This document shows positions 55,646 to 64,000 of a stretch of 64,000 bases of DNA, in pieces. This DNA is from a virus. The stretch lies in IMG/VR virus record IMGVR_UViG_3300025815_000010, positions 15,775-79,774 of that record. One strand, given 5' to 3'. Numbering within the stretch: the stretch's first letter is position 1; the number at the start of each line of letters is the position of its first letter. The position numbers were made by a program, and so were the translations under genes. The notes under the pieces were generated by a model. That model saw only the letters and a program-made list of their open reading frames with translations. It made no database searches and was not told the DNA's origin.

Positions 55646-56993
55646 GCTCTAAATCCTTACCTTCGTAATCAGAAAATTTATCAATAATACCAGAATTCCA
55701 ATCGTCTAGCATATTTACATTTTCTGTGAAAACGCAGCCTTCGCAATTCTTTCTCGGGTCAAAACTCATCTGCCTAGAATCTAGAAAATCTAAAATATCG
55801 CCAGGCTTACAAAGTTGATATTGCTTTGCAAAATGTTGGTACGAATTATTTAAAACGACGCTATCGCATGGATAAACAGTACCGGGCTTACCAGTATCTC
55901 CATATGGTTCTTCGCTTAAATATGGTCGGAAATATGCTTGATGACATATTTTTGATTTTGGGGCACCATGAACTTTATATTGATGAAAAAATCTTTTATC
56001 AGAAATCTTTTCAAGTAAGATGTCCAATGACCTATGTTGTCTTATGAGGTCCTCTTGTCTAAGAAGACAATTTGGTAAAAGTCTTATATATTTAGCGTTA
56101 ATTCTATCTGCTATCGCGGAAGCTTTATTTAGGATTTCTACCCTGTCAGTTTTTTGAAGCCCATCAGCATCTTCATGTTCAACAGTGTATACCATAGAGC
56201 AGCCAACTACGCAGTCTTTATCAAGAGCAGTTGTGTCAAAATTAGCTCCTATTCTGGTTTCCCAATTTTTAAACGTATTTATGCTAACCCTAATCCACGA
56301 AAAAGCTGCTAGTGATTCTTTGTCCAACCTTTTCATTATGGTGCCATTTGTAATCAGGGCTACCGATAGACCTTTTTCATATTTAAGCCACTTTACTAGT
56401 TCATTGATATGGGGGTATGCAGTAGGTTCTCCGCCGCCTGTTAGGATAACAGCTTTTAAGCCCCTTGTCATTAATTTGGTAACATAATCCTTAATTGTGT
56501 ATAAATCCAAACGAGAGTGAGTGTCTCTATACGTAACAGAGCAGTATGGACACTTTAAGTTGCAAGCCCCTTCTGGGGAAATATGTGTTGATATGACCGT
56601 ATCTCCCCCACCATTTTTATATGATAACATCTGCTCTTGATGTTTCCAAAACTTTATACCTGTAGATGTGTACATGTGTTCCTGCTCGGACTTATCAGGG
56701 ATCTCATACTCTTGGTCAGGTAAGCCGCTCTCATAAAAAATGAATATAGAAGAATATGGTGTACCAGCAGCTGACCTATCTAAAATTTGATTTGCAATAT
56801 CAATAGTTAAAGGCTTTAGGCTGCTTTCACCATGTTCATCAATATATTCGTAATTGTGGATCTTGTTTACAATCCCACTACGATTCGATCTTCTTTCTAT
56901 AAGTATTGATCCACCTTCTACACTAAGAATAGATAAAGTGGCATCTACACCAGATATTTTTATTTCTCTTAAAGGTTCTGTTCTTTTTCTCAT
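55629..56993 (-). CDS. Radical SAM protein with C-terminal Cys (SPASM/twitch-like) region
   Basis: CNLKCPYC, LTGGGEP, ITNG, VYPC...CEGC. N-terminal extension of about 110 aa. Confidence 0.88.
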   Translation of the reverse strand: MRKRTEPLREIKISGVDATLSILSVEGGSILIERRSNRSGIVNKIHNYEYIDEHGESSLKPLTIDIANQILDRSAAGTPYSSIFIFYESGLPDQEYEIPDKSEQEHMYTSTGIKFWKHQEQMLSYKNGGGDTVISTHISPEGACNLKCPYCSVTYRDTHSRLDLYTIKDYVTKLMTRGLKAVILTGGGEPTAYPHINELVKWLKYEKGLSVALITNGTIMKRLDKESLAAFSWIRVSINTFKNWETRIGANFDTTALDKDCVVGCSMVYTVEHEDADGLQKTDRVEILNKASAIADRINAKYIRLLPNCLLRQEDLIRQHRSLDILLEKISDKRFFHQYKVHGAPKSKICHQAYFRPYLSEEPYGDTGKPGTVYPCDSVVLNNSYQHFAKQYQLCKPGDILDFLDSRQMSFDPRKNCEGCVFTENVNMLDDWNSGIIDKFSDYEGKDLEHEEFV

Positions 56994-57796
56994 AAAGTCT
57001 CCCTCAAGCTATCTGGCAAATGTTTTGGGTTGTACGGATATGCAAAAGGTATGTCAGCTTCTCTTCCAACACTTATTTCAAGATTTGTATTATTATTTTT
57101 AATATGCCAGCTAAGCCATCTATCCTCGTACCATCTTTCATTTGGGAGTGAGTCTGCTATTTTTCTAGAAAAAGCTAAAGCTGTAAGGTGTTTCCAGTAC
57201 ATTGCTTTACTGGAAACAGCAAAACCCATATTATGGACATAATAATTTGAAATTGGCATATTAGATATATTAGCTTGTGTCCCGGTACGTGGGAGCAAAT
57301 CAACAGATTTCATATTCCATAAAACAGCGCCTGTCCTATGTTTTCTCTCCGGTATCCTGAAGAGGGGACTTTTCCAGTGTTCAATCTGTCTTGAGCTACA
57401 TGTCGAAATGTTTGATCTCTCAAATTCAAAAATCATATTTTCTATTTGTCTTTGGGAAAAAACATGGTCAACTTCTGTTACTAAAATAGTGTCTGGCCTG
57501 TCGTAGTTCTTCAGCACATGATTATTTATGTATAAGGTCAATTGATTGTGAGGGGAATATGTATTTGCCTCAACCATAATGACTTTTGATGAATTTAACT
57601 GTTTTATTTTTTCAAGTATATTATCAAATTTTTTAGGAAATTTAATTAGCTCGTTAAGGTAAACGACTTCGGAAACATCTCCCCACGGTCTTGTAGAGTA
57701 AAATATAAATATTTTATCAACATATGGTTCTATTGATTTGATAGACTGTTGAATGTAGTCTTCTCCGTAGAGACACCTGTAAACTGCGTATCTCAC
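56990..57796 (-). CDS. GT-A-like glycosyltransferase
   Basis: GTG start (TAGTG overlap, GGAGG SD). EDYIQQSIKSIEPYVDKIFI, EVD, HNMG. Confidence 0.55.
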   Translation of the reverse strand: MRYAVYRCLYGEDYIQQSIKSIEPYVDKIFIFYSTRPWGDVSEVVYLNELIKFPKKFDNILEKIKQLNSSKVIMVEANTYSPHNQLTLYINNHVLKNYDRPDTILVTEVDHVFSQRQIENMIFEFERSNISTCSSRQIEHWKSPLFRIPERKHRTGAVLWNMKSVDLLPRTGTQANISNMPISNYYVHNMGFAVSSKAMYWKHLTALAFSRKIADSLPNERWYEDRWLSWHIKNNNTNLEISVGREADIPFAYPYNPKHLPDSLRETL

Positions 57797-59049
57797 TAAG
57801 CTGTCCTCCCTACAGCGATATATGTAATATCTGCGCGGGTTCTGTCTACCAACTCCATACCCCAAGGGTCAATGACCACAGAATTGCTAGGAAATACGTA
57901 GTCCTTAAACGCATCATGGTTCGTACCTATAAAAAACACAGCTGGATTTTGTAGTGGGGGATCCTCAGAGTCAATCCAAGGATCGTACATCTCTACAGAA
58001 AAATCTCTTTCTGCTAGGATATTTCTGAGAAGAATTGAGGGGCTACCTACGGTCAGATTTGTTTCCTTCTTAAAACACTTGCCCAAAATGACTATTGGAA
58101 GGTCAGTCCTACCATGAGCATCGACTATAAGCTCTGCTAGCCAATCTGTCTGTCTTTCCCTACATTCCATCAAGCTCTCGTACCAATCGTAAGAAAGATC
58201 AATCTCCCTAGCTAACCAACTAAGGGCAATATTATCTCTTGGGTGGCAGCCACCGCCATCTCCCATCCCACCTAGGAGGTATTTTGTACTAATCAACCTT
58301 TCGTTTGCCATGAAAAGACCTCTCATGACGTTATCGCAGTTGATGTTGTCCATCTTATGCGAAACTTCCATAATGGTATTGGCAAGGCAAATCTTCATGG
58401 TAATATACGTGTTATAAGAAACCTTTATCATCTCAGCTTCTTCAATCGTACACTTGTAGACCGGTCTGTCGTGAATGGTGGAATAAAACTTCGAAGCTGT
58501 TTCATATGCATTTTCGTCATCCATGCCAAACAAAACAAACTCTGGACTTGTAAAATCCTTAATTGTTGTTCCCATAGCGATGAAAAATGGATTATAGCAA
58601 AGCTTAACGTGTTTATTTAGAAGTGGTTTGATCTCTCTTCTTATCGTGCCAGGAAGAACAGTGGAAATAATAACTACAATCTTATCTTGCCCTTGGTTCC
58701 CTATCTCATCAGATAGAGTCTTGATACCAGACTTTAGCCATTCATAGTCAAAATCGACTCGCTCCTCTGGGAGTCTAGTTACGCCCTCGTACTTGGGGTG
58801 ATGAGGCGTCTGGATTGGAACAAATATAATTTCAGAGTTTCTTACCAACTCTGAAACACTGGACCACTGTATATTGTGGTTATCTAATAGTTCTTGTGCT
58901 CCCTCTTCACGATAAGGCAACACCCTAGTATCAAGAATATTCTTAACTTCTTCGCTTATATCGTAGCCATAAACTGTGTGTCCTGCTTTTTCGGAAGCAA
59001 GAGCACATGGAAGGCCAAGTTTACCCAGCCCCATAAATCCAATATTCAT
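57796..59049 (-). CDS. UDP-glucose/GDP-mannose dehydrogenase family
   Basis: GLGKLG, STVLPGT, EMIKVSYN, GGGCHPRD, YDP. Confidence 0.9.
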   Translation of the reverse strand: MNIGFMGLGKLGLPCALASEKAGHTVYGYDISEEVKNILDTRVLPYREEGAQELLDNHNIQWSSVSELVRNSEIIFVPIQTPHHPKYEGVTRLPEERVDFDYEWLKSGIKTLSDEIGNQGQDKIVVIISTVLPGTIRREIKPLLNKHVKLCYNPFFIAMGTTIKDFTSPEFVLFGMDDENAYETASKFYSTIHDRPVYKCTIEEAEMIKVSYNTYITMKICLANTIMEVSHKMDNINCDNVMRGLFMANERLISTKYLLGGMGDGGGCHPRDNIALSWLAREIDLSYDWYESLMECRERQTDWLAELIVDAHGRTDLPIVILGKCFKKETNLTVGSPSILLRNILAERDFSVEMYDPWIDSEDPPLQNPAVFFIGTNHDAFKDYVFPSNSVVIDPWGMELVDRTRADITYIAVGRTA

Positions 59050-59057
59050 AAACTCTC

Positions 59058-59897
59058 CTAATTACCTAAACAAGATAAAGTAATATTTATTATTTCTTCT
59101 TTCTTATAACGCATATGCTCAATTAAGTCAAGTCCTTTTTTTGAAAACCATTCTTCATGAACAGCGCCTACGTTATTTGTGGTTTTTGTACCCATACCCA
59201 TCATTCTGGCTTCTACAACAACCCTGGATAGGGTCTCTGGCGTCTTGGGTAAGAATACTAGCGTAGATCTCGACCCAAGCTCACGAAGAAACGTAGAGGG
59301 CTCTGAAGGCTGTATCAAGTCATACTCCAAATTCATGGCTTCACAAAAGTTAATAGCACCATGCGTATTCTTGTGATCTGTGTTCGATACCATAATTGCG
59401 TGCTTAGTCTGTCTCTGTGGGTTTTTACAGATTTCTTCTAGAAGTTCTAAGTGTCCATCTGACCATAGGTTGCCGCCTAAGCTTACAATGTTATCTAATT
59501 CAAGATTCTTTCTTGCTATATTTGCATGAAACTGGCTCTGACATAGAACAGCCTTAGCCTTTGCATAAAATTGTCTATTTATAATATCTTCTTTAGGGGC
59601 ACAATACTCTGGGTAAATGCCTGGATTTCTACCAGGGAGATACTTGTGATCGTGCTCATAAATAATATAGTTTTTACATTGTAGGTAATCTTTATTTTCT
59701 TCGGACAGATTTGCAAAATTTGAAACAATAATATTCTCATTGTAATGCAAATCCATAAGATTAACGAGGTGGCTGTTGACTCTACGAACAGTGTGGCCAC
59801 GCTTATAGAGTTTCTCCATCAAGACTTCGTTGTTTAATTCGCCTCCACCAAGCACTTGGTCAGCAAAGAAATCTGCTATAAAAAGTATTTTAGCCAT
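59058..59897 (-). CDS. GT-B-like glycosyltransferase
   Basis: GGGELNN...PETLSRVVVEARMMG. Confidence 0.7.
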   Translation of the reverse strand: MAKILFIADFFADQVLGGGELNNEVLMEKLYKRGHTVRRVNSHLVNLMDLHYNENIIVSNFANLSEENKDYLQCKNYIIYEHDHKYLPGRNPGIYPEYCAPKEDIINRQFYAKAKAVLCQSQFHANIARKNLELDNIVSLGGNLWSDGHLELLEEICKNPQRQTKHAIMVSNTDHKNTHGAINFCEAMNLEYDLIQPSEPSTFLRELGSRSTLVFLPKTPETLSRVVVEARMMGMGTKTTNNVGAVHEEWFSKKGLDLIEHMRYKKEEIINITLSCLGN

Positions 59898-61149
59898 GCT
59901 CTACCAGATTGTCATTTAACTCCTCAAGCCAAGACTGTACGTCTACCGTTTCTCCGTAGACTGAATCTGCAAAAAGCTGATGTTGTTTATCAGAATCAAA
60001 CTCTTCTAGAATCCACCTCTGCAAAGTGTCTGCTTTCTTTTTCCACTTCTTCCAACTCTTCCTTATTTGTCTTAGGCGCATTTTGTAGTGACCTTCATGT
60101 GGGTAGCACCACATACTATCCGCTTGGATCACTCCATCCCACACGGCTTGTTTCTGGACTGGGGCGATATCATAATTGACATCTGCAAAGAGAGCCTTCC
60201 TGCTTCCATTCTTGTACTTCATGTATAAAAAGTCACACTGCCCAGACCATGAAGGGGCGATAACTGGAAGTCCATGTCTCGCTGCATCAAACATGGGTAA
60301 CCCGAATCCCTCGCCATGCGAGAGGTTAATCAAAGCTTTAACCCTCTTGTTAGTGTACAGGGACTGCATTTGGCCCTCTGTCAAGTCACCATGCAGTAAG
60401 TAAATTTTGCACTTGTGCTCTTCCGGCATTGAATTCTTAATCAATGCATTCAAGGTTTTAGAGACATGCTCCCTATCCATGATCGAATTGTTTTTTACAG
60501 AAGTCTTCACAACTAATCCAACTTCTTGATCCCAATTCTCTTCTATCCACCACTTGATGGCGTTTTCTAGGTTCTTTCTTGGTCCCCACTGAGAGACGAT
60601 CAGATAATTGAAGTCATACTCTAGATTTAGCTGTAGTGGTGTTGGATCAGTGTTTTTGATTGGGTAATGCACAATATCAATTGGGACTTCACACTTAAGT
60701 GTCATTGGCTGTCTAGTAACTTTGTTCATCCCTTGATAGACAGTATTTTCAAAAACACTCTTTGCATGCTCGGATATAGTTACGATCTTATCCATCTGGT
60801 TAGCTTTTTCAAGCCAGATAGGGGCAACCTTTGTTGTCTCAATGCCCGCCGTTACGCCAATATTGTACGGCGCAAGTCTTTCCCATTCATTTGGAATAGA
60901 CACCTGTATTGACATATCAAACTGTCCACCAGATTGAGCATAATGGTGTGTTTTCATGATAAGAGAGTCAAGCCAGCGTCTCTCCTCCGTGTCTTCAGAG
61001 AGCCACCCTGTTTGGCCCCAATTTAGAGCGATCAGATAGACATCGAATCTGTCAGGCTGCTCCCTAAGAGATCTAAGTAGAAATCTTGTATGCTCTCCAT
61101 ACCCAGATTGAGTAAGTGCTGGTCCTCTGACTAAAACTTTCTTTATCAT
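59890..61149 (-). CDS. GT4-family glycosyltransferase
   Basis: SGYG, RKN, SHGEGFGLPMFDAARHGLPVIA. Confidence 0.88.
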   Translation of the reverse strand: MIKKVLVRGPALTQSGYGEHTRFLLRSLREQPDRFDVYLIALNWGQTGWLSEDTEERRWLDSLIMKTHHYAQSGGQFDMSIQVSIPNEWERLAPYNIGVTAGIETTKVAPIWLEKANQMDKIVTISEHAKSVFENTVYQGMNKVTRQPMTLKCEVPIDIVHYPIKNTDPTPLQLNLEYDFNYLIVSQWGPRKNLENAIKWWIEENWDQEVGLVVKTSVKNNSIMDREHVSKTLNALIKNSMPEEHKCKIYLLHGDLTEGQMQSLYTNKRVKALINLSHGEGFGLPMFDAARHGLPVIAPSWSGQCDFLYMKYKNGSRKALFADVNYDIAPVQKQAVWDGVIQADSMWCYPHEGHYKMRLRQIRKSWKKWKKKADTLQRWILEEFDSDKQHQLFADSVYGETVDVQSWLEELNDNLVEHG

Positions 61150-62405
61150 GCTAACTCCCTAATCTCCCATGATTCATAGCCATTTCTAGTGTCCCATGAA
61201 CCATGCTCTTCATATACCTTAGTCATTATGTCCACCCAACCTTCACAGTATTGTTGGAAGCTGTAGTTGGTTTCTACGTGCTGCCTACCCTTAAGGCCAA
61301 GCTCTCTTCTTTCTTCTCTTGACATTGCGTAAATGCGATCTAGGGCCGCGTGGAAGTCTTCTTTACTAATCCTATCCTCGTAGATATACGGAACCTGCTG
61401 AGACCCAATAATTGCTTTAGACGCTGGTTCGATACCAACACCAAACCAGTTCTCTCCATCTGTGACTTGCTCCTGTAGACCTCCCGTCATATTGACCAAG
61501 ATTGGAGTACCACACGAAAGAGATTCAAGTGTAGCTAGCCCAAAACCTTCAGCGTCGGAGATGTTAATTGTGCAATCTGCTATATTATACATATTTGACA
61601 AGACGCTTGGTGGGACCTTATTAGAAGAAATCATGATTGTGCCATCGCTACCAAGATGTTCAATAAGGTGCTGGAGTGGCTGGCCGTGTACGTCATTCGG
61701 GTCAGTATGCATGATTAACCTAACATTCTCTCTACCAACCTTGTTGGCCCATTCGTTAAACCAGAAAACTAGAGAACCGCTCTGCTTTCTTCTAGCATTT
61801 CTATTGTTCCAAAAGAATGTTACCCTCTCTGGGTTAGCACCTGGGAAGTTTTCACTTCTCATGCTTTGGATTTCGCTCTCTGTCTTTGGTGCAAAAATGT
61901 TTGGGTCAACAGCATGAGGGTGATAAACATTATGAACCTCCGGTGCAGCTTCTGATACAACCTCGTGAGTTACCTTCGAAATAGAAACTATCAAGTCATT
62001 TGATAAGTAAAATGGTCGGTTAAAGACTGGGGCAGGATGATTGTCCCACACATGATAATAGACCATTGGAACAAGCGGCCTAATCTCATTCTCCATAAAC
62101 CACAGCCACTCATAAAATCTTGGGTCTGTCATGAACCAGAGGATATCTGGCTTTTCATTTCTAATGATCGACCTTAGTTTCTGGGGATCTCCATAACCAT
62201 CAATTGGGATCACAATCCAGTCGTCTTCATAGGGAGCGATCTTTTGAGCATCATAGTTTTGATGCTTTACAGCCCCACCAAGACATATGAATTTAAACTT
62301 TCCTGTCTTTAGTAGGGCTTCAATAAAGTATTTTGTCTGCGTACCAACACCCGAAGGTGATAGGGGGTGATCCGATAAAGTCAGGATCTTTATTTTGTCT
62401 GTCAT
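61146..62405 (-). CDS. GT4-family glycosyltransferase
   Basis: PSGVG, NRNARRK, SDAEGFGLATLESLSCGTPI. Confidence 0.9.
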   Translation of the reverse strand: MTDKIKILTLSDHPLSPSGVGTQTKYFIEALLKTGKFKFICLGGAVKHQNYDAQKIAPYEDDWIVIPIDGYGDPQKLRSIIRNEKPDILWFMTDPRFYEWLWFMENEIRPLVPMVYYHVWDNHPAPVFNRPFYLSNDLIVSISKVTHEVVSEAAPEVHNVYHPHAVDPNIFAPKTESEIQSMRSENFPGANPERVTFFWNNRNARRKQSGSLVFWFNEWANKVGRENVRLIMHTDPNDVHGQPLQHLIEHLGSDGTIMISSNKVPPSVLSNMYNIADCTINISDAEGFGLATLESLSCGTPILVNMTGGLQEQVTDGENWFGVGIEPASKAIIGSQQVPYIYEDRISKEDFHAALDRIYAMSREERRELGLKGRQHVETNYSFQQYCEGWVDIMTKVYEEHGSWDTRNGYESWEIRELA

Positions 62406-62412
62406 TCAAACC

Positions 62413-63186
62413 TCAGGAACAATGCTCCGTTTCATGGAACGGACAATACTTGCAAGACAATCTATTTTTAAGATATCTTTGATTAGTTATATTATACAAC
62501 GCTCTGTCCAGAAAGTCAAGTGAATTATTTGTTTTTCTTTCACCACTGGTGACTCTGAATAACTCAACTCTATTTTTCTTCGCAGTTCTCTTAAGTAGTC
62601 CAAAGTGTGTTGAGACTGCTCTAGGATTTAGATTTAACTTTTTTGAATAAAAATACTTATATAAAACAAGCTGTCTACCGTACAGCGAATCACTCTTCTT
62701 ACGAGCATTCCAGCCCCATGAACAAGTTTTCCAATCAATCACATGGTAGTGGCCATTACCATCCTTCAAAACAAGATCAATAAACCCTTTAAAATCAAAG
62801 TCCTTTATTTTAGACTCCGTAATCGGCTCCATGAGAGCCTCTTCTGTGGAGACTAGTGACCACCCTCCTTTGTCCTCAAAGTATTCGTCCAGAGATGGAA
62901 CAACAGCCTCAAAAATACCGTTTACTTGTTGTCTCATATCGGAAGCGAGTTCAGTGTCTTCCTGAACTCCGATATCAAGTAGTTCTTTGGTAAAGGCTTC
63001 ATGAAAATATTTATAGGGCTCCTGTATGTTGCCAAGGAGCATGTTCTCGATGGTCTCGTGAACTGCAGTTCCAAAGCAGGTATGTTCCGTCCCCTGGAAT
63101 GTCTCGATCTTGTCGAGGTACATGAGCTTGTGTCGCCACGAACACTCTGTCCAGTTTCTCAATTCAGAATATGAAATATGCGCCAA
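62413..63186 (-). CDS. PD-(D/E)XK (RecB/Cas4-like) nuclease with four-Cys motif
   Basis: SYS...C, GTAVH, GFIDL, IDWKT, QLVLY, CKYCP....C. Confidence 0.88.
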   Translation of the reverse strand: MAHISYSELRNWTECSWRHKLMYLDKIETFQGTEHTCFGTAVHETIENMLLGNIQEPYKYFHEAFTKELLDIGVQEDTELASDMRQQVNGIFEAVVPSLDEYFEDKGGWSLVSTEEALMEPITESKIKDFDFKGFIDLVLKDGNGHYHVIDWKTCSWGWNARKKSDSLYGRQLVLYKYFYSKKLNLNPRAVSTHFGLLKRTAKKNRVELFRVTSGERKTNNSLDFLDRALYNITNQRYLKNRLSCKYCPFHETEHCS

Positions 63187-63187
63187 A

Positions 63188-63880
63188 CTACACCTCGTCA
63201 GAACAAACCAACATGACCTTTTTGTAGGCCATGGGGCTTAGCTTCTTAACATAGTCTCCATCACCAAGCAAACATTCCTCAAACGCTGTTGCGAAATATT
63301 CACGTATACTAGTCACAGCGTAAGGTCTCGTGAACAGGCCCATACAAAAGTTTTCTAGTTTTTCATAACCAATGTCATTGTATAGAAAATCATCTAGCTC
63401 TTTGGTAAACTCTAGATCATTAAATGGAACATCTGTATCATTCAGATACTCATACTGGTCTAGCATGTCTCTTAGTCTTTTTCTTTTACCTAGAAACTCT
63501 GTCTGTATTTTGTTATCTTCATAAATCTCTCTTGCGTAGATATCTTCTGCGGCATGCGCAAACTCATGAATGATGTCATCTAGCATATCTTCGTTATCGT
63601 CTTGATCATTGGAGATATAAATCGTTCCATCTCTATACATAGCATTAACTTGCTTTTCTACAAACTCTTTAAAGTTCCCAACATATATGCCCTCTGTTCT
63701 TTGGGCTATGTGTGCTGGGATTATCTCTTCCACTCTGTGGATCACGGCTAAGACATCAATGTTGTTTGGCAATGGATCGAGAATGTACATGTTAACTGTA
63801 CCGAACAAGATGTGATGATTTGAATTTCTTCTTGAGTTAAGAGAAGAATCTTTAACAAAGTTAGTGAGCTTATCAGACAT
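63188..63880 (-). CDS. HExxH zinc metallopeptidase-like protein
   Basis: IIHEFAHAAE...YAVTSIREYFA. Confidence 0.7.
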   Translation of the reverse strand: MSDKLTNFVKDSSLNSRRNSNHHILFGTVNMYILDPLPNNIDVLAVIHRVEEIIPAHIAQRTEGIYVGNFKEFVEKQVNAMYRDGTIYISNDQDDNEDMLDDIIHEFAHAAEDIYAREIYEDNKIQTEFLGKRKRLRDMLDQYEYLNDTDVPFNDLEFTKELDDFLYNDIGYEKLENFCMGLFTRPYAVTSIREYFATAFEECLLGDGDYVKKLSPMAYKKVMLVCSDEV

Positions 63881-64000
63881 TATTCCTCACTTTCAAAGTG
63901 CTTTAGGTCTTCTAAGCCCTGTTCATAACCTCTTACCCAATTTTCTTCAGCCATCATAAGAACTATCTCAGGAAATTCTTTAGCAAGAACTTCAATAACC
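63880..64000 (-). CDS. 3' end of a hypothetical protein (start beyond window)
   Basis: ...VIEVLAKEFPEIVLMMAEENWVRGYEQGLEDLKHFESEE, then TAA overlapping the next ATG. Confidence 0.65.
   Translation of the reverse strand, partial: VIEVLAKEFPEIVLMMAEENWVRGYEQGLEDLKHFESEE

Noticed and set aside
247-61917. Numerous plus-strand ORFs and alternate-frame minus-strand ORFs in the track
   Set aside because: They overlap well-supported minus-strand genes, lack recognisable motifs, and have the composition of antisense shadows.
62413-63186. Cas4 / CRISPR system
   Set aside because: No repeat-spacer array or other cas genes seen. Stand-alone PD-(D/E)XK nucleases are common in phages.

Overview
64 kb of a large T4-like (myovirus-type) phage genome. 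It is densely coding, all credible genes are on the minus strand, and the genetic code is standard. In transcription order (right to left): HExxH protein and PD-(D/E)XK nuclease; a sugar-modification cluster (three GT-B and two GT-A glycosyltransferases, a UDP-glucose-dehydrogenase-like enzyme, a radical SAM enzyme, a methyltransferase); a phage sigma factor; a baseplate/tail block (split gp5-like, gp25, gp6, giant 2412-aa and 2806-aa proteins, tail-collar-like paralogs); RuvC-like resolvase, a peptidoglycan-binding protein, primase and a natural Mre11-Rad50 fusion; then the head module (terminase, portal, prohead protease, ribosomal protein bS21, scaffold, major capsid protein truncated by the window edge). 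Most notable hypotheses: (1) an [S/T]-[G/A/S]-S motif enriched in a subset of virion proteins, next to the glycosylation cluster, may be a virion glycosylation sequon; (2) a structured leader with a 24-codon Cys-Cys uORF ends in TAG in frame with the prohead protease; (3) a LysM domain sits inside the scaffold protein, and several proteins share head-targeting-like motifs; (4) bS21 with an N-terminal extension lies among Shine-Dalgarno-led late genes; (5) a recurring ACTA(T/A)TTA motif looks like a late promoter; (6) a 13-bp inverted repeat covers a probable leaderless primase promoter. All product calls come from motif recognition by eye, not database searches.
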